The notes beneath the pieces were generated by a model. That model ran no database searches, was not told the DNA's origin, and was given only the letters and a program-made list of their open reading frames with translations. 64,000 nucleotides of DNA from Macrostomum hystrix. Its lineage: Eukaryota > Animalia > Platyhelminthes. Location: positions 744,001 to 808,000 of the forward strand of contig CATNEN010000039.1 in assembly GCA_950097015.1 (NCBI GenBank). Reading direction: 5' to 3'. The translations under genes and the position numbers were made by a program. This document shows, one piece after another, positions 47,301 to 58,775 of the stretch. Numbering within the stretch: position 1 is the stretch's first letter; each line of letters opens with the position of its first letter.

Positions 47301-50300
47301 CGCTGAGCTGCAGGTCGAGCTAGCTGCCGCAGCTGCTGGTGTCAACGCGGCTGCCTTGGCAACCGAGCTGGCCTCGCTTGAACCAGAGCGCGCTGTGGCC
47401 GCGCACAAGGGCCTGCTGCAGCGCGAGAAGCAGCTAAATCTGTGCACCCTGAAGCTTCAGGCCATGCAGCTGAGGTTGTCGCTGATGTCTGCGCTCAGTC
47501 AGATGCGCACTCTGTGGCGTCGGCTGCAGATTGACAGGTGTGTTTGATTCCACTGCTTTATTACTAGCATGAATAGCGAAGTGCGCATTTTACAATAGCA
47601 GCTCACTCACTGTCTCCAGCTCTGACTCCGGCCGGCAGTACTGGGAGCGCCTGGCTGAGACCAAGGAGCCGACTGCCGACTGCCTCCGTCGCATGGAGGC
47701 TGAGCTGTGCCGCCTTCGCCAGCTTGTCCTGCCCCGCCTGCGTGACTGCATCGCCGACTGCCGGGTGGAGCTCGCCGAGTTGGCCGACCGGTGCCTGGCC
47801 GCTCCTAGCGAGCTGGAGGCCATGCGACCACTGCTGGAGTCCCAGGATTGGTCGGAAGACCTGCTGGACCGGCACGAGGCCGAAGCGGCCCGGCTGCGAC
47901 GTCGCTTCGAACAGAATGCTGGATTCTACACCTGCGTAGCCGACTGGCAGGTGAGTGAGCGCTTCTGTGGGATGCTTGGAGACCGCTGACTGAGAGCTGC
48001 TTGGAGACCGCTGTCTGTGGGATGCTTCGAGACCGCTGTCTGTGGGATGCTTGGAGACCGCTGACTGTGGGCTGCTTCGAGACCGCTGTCTGTGGGATGC
48101 TTGGAGACCGCTGACTGTGGGCTGCTTCGAGACCGCTGTCTGTGGGATGCTTGGAGACCGCTGTCTGTGGGATGCTTGGAGACCGCTGACTGAGAGCTGC
48201 TTGGAGACCGCTGACTGAGAGCTGCTTGGAGACCGCTGACTGAGAGCTGCTTGGAGACCGCTGACTGAGTTCCGCTTTCCCTCCGCTTCAGACGGCCTGG
48301 AGCAGTCTGCAGACACTGCTACAGCGCCTAAAGGACCCGGCGGTGCTGAACAATCGCGGCGGAGTCCTGCTCCGATTGGAGCGCGAGAAAAAGCGCGCCC
48401 AGGCCGCTCTGGTCGCCAAGGAGGCTGAGCTGGGCCGCCTGGCTGCAGCCCGCGACCCGGCCAGCCCCCTGACAGTGCGCGGCCAGCCAATTGAGGAATT
48501 CTTGTACTGCGAGAAGCAGCGCGCCGAGGCCGAGAAGGAGAACGAAGCCAAGCGGCGGCTGGAGAAGCACGAGACCACCCTGAGGCGAGAGCTGCAGTTC
48601 GGCTCCAAGCCAGCAAGTCCACTGCAGCGCCGGCTCATCCACAACTCAAGCCGCCTGCAGTGCAAGGTAAAGACTCCGGCTTGCTCCCCTTTTGCCTGCC
48701 TCCTGTACACTGCGGTTTGTTTATTTTCACAGCATTTACTGCTGCCATCTGCCCACCCTGATCTATTCTTGCTTATCTAACTCTGCTACCTGCCTGTCCT
48801 ACCCCTGCCTGTCCTACCCCTGCCTGTCCTATCCCTGCCTGTCCTATCCCTGCCTGTCCTATCCCTGCCTGTCCTATCCCTGCCTGCCCTATCCCTCCTG
48901 TCATATCCCTGCCTGCCCTATCCCTCCTGTCATAATTCTGCCTGCCCTATCCCTCCTGTCATATCCCTGCCTGCCCTATCCCTCCCTGTCCTATCCCTGC
49001 CTGCCCTATCCCTCCTGTCATATCCCTGACTGTCCTATCCCTTAACCCTCATGTGAACGCGCTACCTTCATCAGACTCCAGCCACGCCAACGGTCAGCAA
49101 AACTCCCATGAGAGGCGCAGCCGCCTCCGCCGCCAAGTCAGCCGGCCGGCTGCAGCTTCTGCGCACGCCGGCTAACGGCCACGGCTCTTCCGTGAAGAAA
49201 TTCACTCCGGTAACTTGCGCCCGCGCTACTTTTAGTAGTGTACGCGCGCATATAGCCGCTTGCTGAAAAAATTGCACTTCTCGGTGTTGTATTTAACACT
49301 CACGGTTGTTGAATTGTGTTTGCATACTAACCATGCGTTAGCTCTTATAGTAGGAGTATATATGCATGTAGTAAGTCTATTATCACTGAATAATGAAAAG
49401 GTTGTGTGTTAGCTGATGCCAATAACACCCTCCCTCTTTATATACAGGGCTTGCCGTCAGTTTCAAAGAATCAGGTATCTCATTATGCAGTTTAATCCAT
49501 TGTAATAAAAATCACGAATTGTGCAGAAACGCATATTTTACATCAAGTTCAACACGTGTTATGAGTATTTGCGAATAGTTCGTTCCATTTTCATAAATTT
49601 TACTTCCGTTTTCCAGACTAGTAGTAAAAAAGCGAATGCACGAAATTCATCTCATAGCAGAATTACGTTATTGGCGTTATCGTAACTGACGTTAGCCTTA
49701 ACACCACATTTCAGAGCAAACTGGGCTGCTCGGGGCGCGTTGAGAAGGTGAGAACAAAATAACTGACTGACGATGCATGACAGCTGTGTTTATGGGATCT
49801 CATGCAGACTGTGTTTATGGGATCACATGCAGCCTGTGTTTATGGGATCTCATGCAGCCTGTGTTTATGGGATCTCACGCAGCCTGTGTTTATGGGATCT
49901 CATGCAGCCTGTGTTTATGGGATCTCATGCAGCCTGTGTTTATGGGATCTCATGCAGCCTGTGTTTATGGGATCTCATGCAGCCTGTGTTTGTGGGATCT
50001 CATGCAGCCTGTGTTTATTGGATCTCATGCAGCCTGTGTTTATGGGATCACATGCAGCCTGTGTTTATGGGATCTCATGCAGCCTGTGTTTATGGGATCT
50101 CATGCAGCCTGTGTTTATGGGATCTCATGCAGCCTGTGTTTATGGGATCTCATGCAGCCTGTGTTTATGGGATCTCATGCAGCCTGTGTTTATGGGATCT
50201 CATGCAGCCTGTGTTTATGGGATCTCATGCAGCCTGTGTTTATGGGATCTCATGCAGCCTGTGTTTATGGGATCTCATGCAGCCTGTGTTTATGGGATCT

Positions 50301-52146
50301 CATGCAGCCTGTGTTTATGGGATCTCATGCAGCCTGTGTTTATGGGATTTAATGCAGCCTGTGTTTATGGGATCTCATGCAGCCTGTGTTTGTGGGATCT
50401 CATGCAGCCTGTGTTTATGGGATCTCATGCAGCCTGTGTTTATGGGATTTAATGCAGCCTGTGTTTATGGGATCTCATGCAGCCTGTGTTTATGGGATCT
50501 CATGCAGCCTGTGTTTGTGGGATCTCATGCAGCCTGTGTTTATGGGATCTCATGCAGCCTGTGTTTATGGGATCTCATGCAGCCTGTGTTTATGGGATTT
50601 AATGCAGCCTGTGTTTATGGGATCTCATGCAGCCTGTGTTTATGGGATCTCATGCAGCCTGTGTTTATGGGATTTAATGCAGCCTGTGTTTATGGGATCT
50701 CATGCAGCCTGTGTTTGTGGGATCTCATGCAGCCTGTGTTTATGGGATCTCATGCAGCCTGTGTTTATGGGATTTAATGCAGCCTGTGTTTATGGGATCT
50801 CATGCAGCCTGTGTTTATGGGATCTCATGCAGCCTGTGTTTGTGGGATCTCATGCAGCCTGTGTTTATGGGATTTAATGCAGCCTGTGTTTATGGGATCT
50901 CATGCAGCCTGTGTTTATGGGATCTCATGCAGCCTGTGTTTATGGGATCTCATGCAGCCTGTGTTTATGGGATCTCATGCAGCCTGTGTTTATGGGATTT
51001 AATGCAGCCTGTGTTTATGGGATCTCATGCAGCCTGTGTTTATGGGATCTCATGCAGCCTGTGTTTATTGGATCTCATGCAGCCTGTGTTTATGGGATCA
51101 CATGCAGCCTGTGTTTATGGGATCTCATGCAGCCTGTGTTTATGGGATCTCATGCAGCCTGTGTTTATGGGATCTCATGCAGCCTGTGTTTATGGGATCT
51201 CATGCAGCCTGTGTTTATGGGATCTCATGCAGCCTGTGTTTATGGGATCTCATGCAGCCTGTGTTTATGGGATCTCATGCAGCCTGTGTTTATGGGATCT
51301 CATGCAGCCTGTGTTTATGGGATTTAATGCAGCCTGTGTTTATGGGATCTCATGCAGCCTGTGTTTATGGGATCTCATGCAGCCTGTGTTTATGGGATTT
51401 AATGCAGCCTGTGTTTATGGGATCTCATGCAGCCTGTGTTTGTGGGATCTCATGCAGCCTGTGTTTATGGGATCTCATGCAGCCTGTGTTTATGGGATTT
51501 AATGCAGCCTGTGTTTATGGGATCTCATGCAGCCTGTGTTTATGGGATCTCATGCAGCCTGTGTTTGTGGGATCTCATGCAGCCTGTGTTTATGGGATCT
51601 CATGCAGCCTGTGTTTATGGGATCTCATGCAGCCTGTGTTTATGGGATCTCATGCAGCCTGTGTTTGTGGGATCTCATGCAGCCTGTGTTTATGGGATCT
51701 CATGCAGCCTGTGTTTATGGGATTTGGTGTGCTGATCCCATCCCAACTGCTGCCTCACCCCTCGTTTCCGGCCCACCAATCAGCGCAAGTCCGGCAAGAC
51801 AGCCGCCCAGGCCACCGCCCAGAAGCTGCTGCGCCGCTCGCTGAAGCGTGTCCAGCAGCAGCAGGAGGCGGCTGTTTCTGTCGGGGACTCCGTCGTCAAG
51901 GAGCTGCCAGAAAAGCAGCTCCTGCAGCACCACCTGCATCAACACGATGTCAGCATCAGCAGCTCCTACTCAGCCTTCCAATCTGGTGTTGGCGTCAGGA
52001 GCAGCAGTGTCCTGCCGCCCTCCGCAATCGCTGCCGCCGCTGCAACTTCTAGCGCCGGCTTCGCGCGACCCGCCTGCAGCGGCAAGCTGGGCGGACCCGG
52101 TTCCCAGTGCGACAGCGGCCTCAGCTCCTTGGCCAACCAGTACTGA
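41387..52146 (+). CDS. PRC1: PRC1/MAP65/Ase1 microtubule crosslinker; exons 41387-41418, 47070-47537, 47620-47950, 48292-48666, 49075-49209, 49448-49474, 49715-49747, 51784-52146 (~587 aa)
   Basis: N-terminal [10 protein letters not shown]...LLEDMVRGE; signature [21 protein letters not shown]; TP-rich CDK-site tail; C-terminal SSYSAF. All junctions are GT-AG and phase-consistent. First exon and the two microexons are less certain. Confidence 0.85.
41646..41898 (-). repeat. 3' LTR
   Basis: Aligns to 46289-46515; adjacent polypurine tract ttttgaggagggggaagt on the minus strand. Confidence 0.93.
42702..42982. mobile_element. 281-bp MITE (TIR catacatg.gcaac), 8-bp TSD TGTATCTC, inserted in the Gypsy integrase
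   Basis: TSD 42694-42701 and 42983-42990; near-identical copy at 61442-61722. Confidence 0.93.
46289..46515 (-). repeat. 5' LTR
   Basis: Intact TG...CA ends; followed on the minus strand by tggtgtggaagt and tggcgacgagga. Confidence 0.93.
47960..48270. repeat. 25-bp intronic minisatellite (ggagaccgctgactgagagctgctt variants)
   Basis: Fills nearly all of intron 47951-48291. Confidence 0.92.
48790..49043. repeat. 15-bp intronic minisatellite cctgcctgtcctatc
   Basis: Tandem copies degrading toward the 3' end. Confidence 0.9.
49776..51724. repeat. 25-bp minisatellite catgcagcctgtgtttatgggatct, ~78 copies
   Basis: Fills the last PRC1 intron. Confidence 0.97.
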
Positions 52147-52236
52147 CGCCCTCCGCCTGGGGGTCTGGGGATCTGGCTTTTGGGATAAAAGTATTTCAAG
52201 TCTGAGATGACAGGTTATCAAATCTGGTACTCGTAT

Positions 52237-53118
52237 CAGAGGATATCAAATCTGGGATCAGTGGATATTAAATCTGGGATCAGAGGACGTCAAATCTGGG
52301 ATCAGAGGATATCAAATATGGGATCAGAGGATGTCAAATCTGGGATCAGAGGATATCAAATATGGGATCAGAGGATATCTAATCTGGGATCAGAGGATAT
52401 CTAATCTGGGATCAGTGGATATTAAATCTGGGATCAGAGGACGTCAAATCTGGGATCAGAGGATATCAAATATGGGATCAGAGGATGTCAAATCTGGGAT
52501 CAGAGGATATCAAATATGGGATCAGAGGATATCTAATCTGGGATCAGAGGATATCTAATCTGGGATCAGAGGATATCTAATCTGGGATCAGAGGATATCA
52601 AATCTGGGATCAGAGGATATCTAATCTGGGATCAGAGGATATCAAATCTGGGATCAGAGGATATCTAATCTGGGATCAGAGGATATCTAATCTGGGATCA
52701 GAGGATATCTAATCTGGGATCAGAGGATATCTAATCTGGGATCAGAGGATATCTAATCTGGGATCAGAGGATATCTAATCTGGGATCAGAGGATATCTAA
52801 TCTGGGATCAGAGGATATCTAATCTGGGATCAGAGGATATCTAATCTGGGATCAGAGGATATCAAATCTGGGATCAGAGGATATCTAATCTGGGATCAGA
52901 GGATATCTAATCTGGGATCAGAGGATATCAAATCTGGGATCAGAGGATATCTAATCTGGGATCAGAGGATATCTAATCTGGGATCAGAGGATATCTAATC
53001 TGGGATCAGAGGATATTAAATCTGGGATCAGAGGATGTCAAATCTGGGATCAGAGGATATCAAATCTGGGATCAGAGGATGTCAAATCTGGGATCAGAGG
53101 ATATCTAATCTGGGATCA
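52237..53118. repeat. 22-bp minisatellite tctgggatcagaggatatctaa, ~40 copies
   Basis: Begins about 90 nt after the PRC1 stop codon. Confidence 0.95.
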
Positions 53119-55898
53119 GTGTTACAAGATTCGGTGCTAACTCACTGCAATTTGGTTATATTGCTCATATTTCTTTTTAAAACTTATTTATTTCTAAGTT
53201 GGAACTCATGCGATATTTCTTACTGCTATTATTTTTATACCGCAAGTCCTGCTGCTTCTTACGCATTTTCTTTTATAAAATCATAATTTTTTAATGTCGT
53301 ACGCAGTACTTAGTCCCTCTGTTCATAAGCATTTTTGTCAGTCAATTGCAACTGCGTCTCGCTACACTTACTGTAATGTTATTTAGTCAAACTGTTTCAT
53401 GTAAAATGCTACTTAGTTTTGTCAAGCATGAATGCGGATCGCAAAGCAGACTGATTTTTATCCTCGTCACTTTTAATCCAACGCATCTTACTGTAGCAGC
53501 AGCTGTCTGCTTTCAATGTACTGTACATTCTATTTTACTTTGCTAATCAGCTCCCTCTCTACTCAAGCAGTGTCGGAAAATAAAATTTCTCCCATTCAAT
53601 TTGAGTCTCCGACAGTTCGACTAATTTTCGATTCGCTTCTCACAAGCTTACATTGAATTAACCGACCGATTGGCAATCTTGAGCTACACTTGTGGCACAT
53701 TTTATTGTGCACAAAGGGCCGAGCAAACTCCAATATTGAGTAGGAATTTTAACCCGCTGTCTACAGGGTGGCCAAAAAATGTATGCTTTAGATAATAGAT
53801 TTAGGACAGTGTCAGGCAAGAGTTTAGACTGCACCCACTGAGAATCCACTGAGGATTATCTACTGGGCAGGGGCCTACACACCTAGACATGCTAAAGTAC
53901 TTAAAGAAAAGAAAAGTGGATTTTCTACTCTACAAATTCGATGGGAACATTTTCTATTTTAAAAGAATAGTTGTGGGGTTTGTATCTTTGAACTCCAATT
54001 GTGGTATTTCTACCTTAAAACTACATTTTTGTAATATCAAATGAGAATTACAAATTCACATGGTTACTCTAATTTAATTGTGCGTAATGGAATTTACCAG
54101 TACTAGAAATAATAACTAGGTAACATACGAATCCGCATACTAATAGTAGCATAAAAAGCTACTATTTCGCCCTTTGTGGGCGATTGTGTTATTGGAATAT
54201 ATAAAGCAATAAGAAATAGACACTGAAGCAAATACAGAACTTCCAGAACTTGCACCAATCACAAATACCTTTTGCACTATCACAATCGAGCGTACACTCT
54301 TGCCTAGATAAAACTTTGCCCAGACGCGTTTAATAAATTGACGTCAAAAATAAAAAATCTAGCACAAAAAAGTTTATCTTTAAGAAGCATGTACTAAGAT
54401 TAAAAAACTACATAATCAGTACGTTTTTATTAATAATTAGGACTTTGAATTATTAAGATCATAGCATTTGCCTGAGACGACAATGACAGGATCATATTAC
54501 AACGAGAAAATGAAATGAGCTTATCGTTCTAAATATGGCAGTCAGTAGGCAGTATGACTACGCGTACAGTCCATTCCTTGAGGATAAACCCAGTCCCAGG
54601 TTCCGTAGACAATTCTCAAGAATTTACCATACACGATTTTACCGGGTGATTAAATTTTGTGTATGGTAAAACCTTCATTTTTCCTAGGTACATAAAATTG
54701 GGCCATTGTAATCTGCGCCGTTTTTTTAGTTATCCCGAAAGGTTTCAGTGCTTTCAGTTTTCTCCGGTACCATTTGGCCTCTTTGAAAAGTTTTGCTGGG
54801 AGTTGAACTGGGAGCCAAGACTTGCATATTAGAGTTTCCTCTATCCTCCACTACTAGAGTTTTGATTTTGCACTGCAAAAGTGCAAAAAACTTTACTGGA
54901 CGACCTTCTGGCGACCTGGAACCAGCGCCAATCGACTGATCGGGCTGCACAAATGCATATTCGCGCTCATGACCAAACCGTATGACCAGACTCATCTAAG
55001 CTCTTGAGCGTGATGAGACGATAATAATCCGCTTCAACAAGCCAGTACAGGCCTGTGCGAGTGCGAGTTCTATAGTCTATGGAACATCTTGTCTGTATTC
55101 CACAATATAGATTTGCGTTGACCTTCAGCTTCTGCTTTCTGATGCTTCTGCTCCTTTTCTTCTGTCGCAAAATTTGAGTCGAAGGACATATTTACTTGAT
55201 AAAAAATTAAAATCTGTTGAATGTCTATTTATTAGTGATGTGAGCTTCAATATACTAGTTTTCATCAGTTAGCCTGTGCATCGATTTTCCGCACTATTTT
55301 TGAGACACCTTACGTAGATTGTGTAGGCCTTGTATTGGCCTTGGATATTGTTCGCGGCCTCGAGTAGCGATGTGGAGTTCAAGGCCAAGACGTGCTACAC
55401 GCGCATTATTCTATGGCCGAAACGATTCCCCACTGTTCATAAGCAAGCATTTTGCATCGCATGAATCGTTAAGACTCTGGTAGGCCTATACTTGCCCATC
55501 TACAGTACAAAGACCCGCGGTCGAAGACTATTGGCCACAGACTATTTTAACTTCAATAAGAAAATGAAAGACAATGTTTTGCGGTCAATTCGTTGAGACA
55601 ACTTTTAGAGTCACAAAACATCGGCATCGTCGAGATATTCAACGATTCTCGTCGGGGTGTCGGTTTGCAAAAACCACCAATATAAGCATAATTTTTCTGC
55701 TCACCAAATTTCATCACGGGTCAGTGTTATATATTTACTATATTGCACTGATTATATTTCAATTTTTCCTATTTGAACCATAATGGATTCGCCACAGGTT
55801 TATACACAGCAATGTTACTTGTCCATGTCACCAGGGTGTCCGACAGGAATCGCAGAATATCTCGACGATGCTGACTCGGACGGCTTTGAAGATTAGTA

Positions 55899-56114
55899 AA
55901 TCGTAACTTTAGTTAATCGTAACTTTAGTTAATCGTAACTTTAGTTAATCGTAACTTTAGTTAATCGTAACAGTAGTTAATCGTAACTTTAGTTAATCGT
56001 AACTTTAGTTAATCGTAACAGTAGTTAATCGTAACTTTAGTTAATCGTAACAGTAGTTAATCGTAACTTTAGTTAATCGTAACTTTAGTTAATCGTAACT
56101 TTAGTTAATCGTAA
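55899..56114. repeat. 16-bp minisatellite aatcgtaactttagtt, ~13 copies
   Basis: Tandem array. Confidence 0.93.
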
Positions 56115-57639
56115 GGTCGATTTTTTTAGTCATAGTGAACTTTCACGAAAACCGGTCATTCGGTTTGAGAGTTATCGTGAAGAAGGCTCTGTGTACTTTA
56201 AATACCAGGTGTTGCCCCCGAGGGAAAATAAAGTGCTCTTTCTACTGTTAGTTAAGCCATTTAAAATTGTTCCGCCTCAGCCTCAAAGTAGCCCAGCGCA
56301 GATTCCTAATTACGCGAAGCACTTTAATAGTGAGTGGCAGCTCAATGCGAGTTCAAGGTTTAAAGGTGCGCCAGGGCAGGAGACTCCAGTTTGTGGCTGA
56401 TGCCCTTAACAATTTGTCTTATCGCCAATTTCTCTGGTTCAACTGCAAAACAGCAAATGCGGCAAGGCTCAGTTGGTAACAGTTATTTAATAGGCTTCAC
56501 TGCCTTCAATAGTTCGGCAGTGGGTGGGATTTTTCATAGTTTTATTTGTCAGGGCAAATCATTTCGCTTATTTTTGGTGGTCAGTGAAAACGTAAAATGT
56601 TAAACTGCGTGACAGCGTGCGGTTCGCTGCTGCGAGGTGTCAGTGGTAAGTCTCGCAAATCAAGACAGGGACCAGTACCCTAGAGGCATATTGTAGGCAG
56701 TAGAATATAATAATTGATGAATAGCAATTCGACACAGTACATTGTGCACTAAACAAGTTTGAGGGCATCATAACGAGTCTCTGCATAGATATTTGGGTTT
56801 CCAGAGCTGCAGCAGATTTACACGGAGCGGCAGAGGGGACTGCTGAACGGTGCAGTCACTGACCAGTTTCTCCAGCTAAATAATACAGACGGACAGACAG
56901 GCCCCATTCAACCAGAAGCTCAAGGGTTGGCTAGATGGCTAACAAAAACAACGCATTCAGGTCTAGTAGGACTACAAATGAGTAATGTAAAGACAGCGAC
57001 AATGTACGATAAAACAGAGAAGCGCAGATGAAAGCAAATGAGGGCGGGCATTCCAATGCGCAACAGGAGATAAGTGCAGAAACAAAACAGTTCACAGTGA
57101 CGCAATGAGGCCCCGACCACTGGGAGGTGGGCTAGAAGACGGTAGCGACTTGAGCAGCCAACTTGAGTTGCTCACTAACCCCCTGCCTACCCGCTTCAAG
57201 CTGTGCTCTTATCTCTTATCTCAGAGCCTGAGCACAAGCGGGGCCTTGTTAAACAGCCTATTTCCCTCTGTGCTGGCATGCGGTCAATATGGTCAAGCGG
57301 GTGACTTAAAAAAAGCTCAAGGCGATGAGAGTGACAGGCAGAGAAAAATTTGTTTGCGCGAGCGATTCGGCAGTCACGCGCTGCACTGATTACCGACTGA
57401 CTCGGCAGCTTCAAATATTCAAAGGGCATTCTGGTGTACTGCGGCTAAATCTCAAGGAAATTATTGGTGGATTGCCTGAAGATATAAGATTTTACTATAA
57501 ACAAAGCGTTATCGGGGCTCAGTAATTAGTATGGCATGAGAACAATAAAATATGAAGACGACTTCAAGTAATTTACTTGAAACCTCTGGTATCCAAGTGA
57601 AACCTATCCAAGAAAGCTTAGAGTATCCAATAGAAAACC

Positions 57640-58225
57640 ATCGTTAACCAATGGAAATCAACAGTAACCAGGGGAAATCTAAAGTAACCAAGGCAAAGCA
57701 ATAGTAACCAAGGGAAATCCATAGTAACCAATGTAAAAACCATAGTTAACCAATGGAAATCTATAGTAACCAAGGGAAATCTATAGTAACCAAGGGAAAT
57801 CTATAGTAGCCAAGGGAAATCTATAGTAACCAAGGGAAATCCATAGTAACCAATAGAAATCCATAGTAACCAATAGAAATCCATAGTAACCAAGGGAAAA
57901 CCATAGTAACTAATGGAAAACCATAGTAACCAAGGGAAATCTATAGTAACCAAGGGAAATCTATAGTAGCCAAGGGAAATCTATAGTAACCAAGGGAAAT
58001 CCATAGTAACCAATAGAAATCCATAGTAACCAAGGGAAAACCATAGTAACTAATGGAAAACCATAGTAACCAATGGAAATCTATAGTAACCATGGGAAAT
58101 CCATATTAGCCATGGGAAATCCATAGTAACCAAGGGAAATCTATAGTAACCAAGGGAAATCCATAGTAACCAAGGGAAATCCATAGTAACCATGGGAAAT
58201 CCATAGTAACCAGTGGAAATCTATA
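57640..58225. repeat. 20-bp minisatellite aaatc(c/t)atagtaaccaaggg
   Basis: Tandem array downstream of the SAR1 stop. Confidence 0.92.
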
Positions 58226-58775
58226 GGATTCAAGGCGATTCTTAGTCAATCAGGAACAGATAACAGCTGGCATAGGGATGAAAAGCAAAAAAGAAAAAGA
58301 AAAAACTCGAGGAAAATAAACTGGCTTGTGAGTCTTCAGAAGACGAACAGCAACGAAAAATTAACGCGATCTCGACAGGTTATAGTTTGTTTTCGCTAAT
58401 CATTAAATAGGTTGGTAACGCACACAAGAGTAACCAGATACCGTAATGTTGCAATATTAATAAGTTTCTCAAATATTTTATATGACAGCACAACGGAGCA
58501 GATAAGAAGAAAGAAAGTGTTATTTGCCAAATTTCTTATTATAAGTGACGAAAATCCCGCAGAAAAACTTAAGCTTAACTCAGAAAAACTCAGGATTACG
58601 GCGGTTTAAGATTGATCCTACACTAGGCATGAATCTTCTCAGCTTATTTTACCCAGCCCACCCCACCCGAAAGTGATGCGCAGGAGCGGCCGCGCGCTGG
58701 TCTGAGTCAATAGGCAAAATCAAGTCTCCATCAAAGACTGCATCTGATAGGCTGGAAGAGCCCCAGCCAATCAGA

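Noticed and set aside
49773-52052. Cys/Met-rich ORFs ([15 protein letters not shown]...)
   Set aside because: Translation of the 25-bp array inside a well-defined PRC1 intron.
54726-55190. Short minus-strand ORFs
   Set aside because: No recognisable motif, stops in all frames, no convincing splice structure; may be a decayed element.
53762-55316. Possible Tc1/mariner TIR pair (tacagggtggcc... / ...gagacaccttacgta)
   Set aside because: The ends match too poorly and no transposase remnant was recognised.
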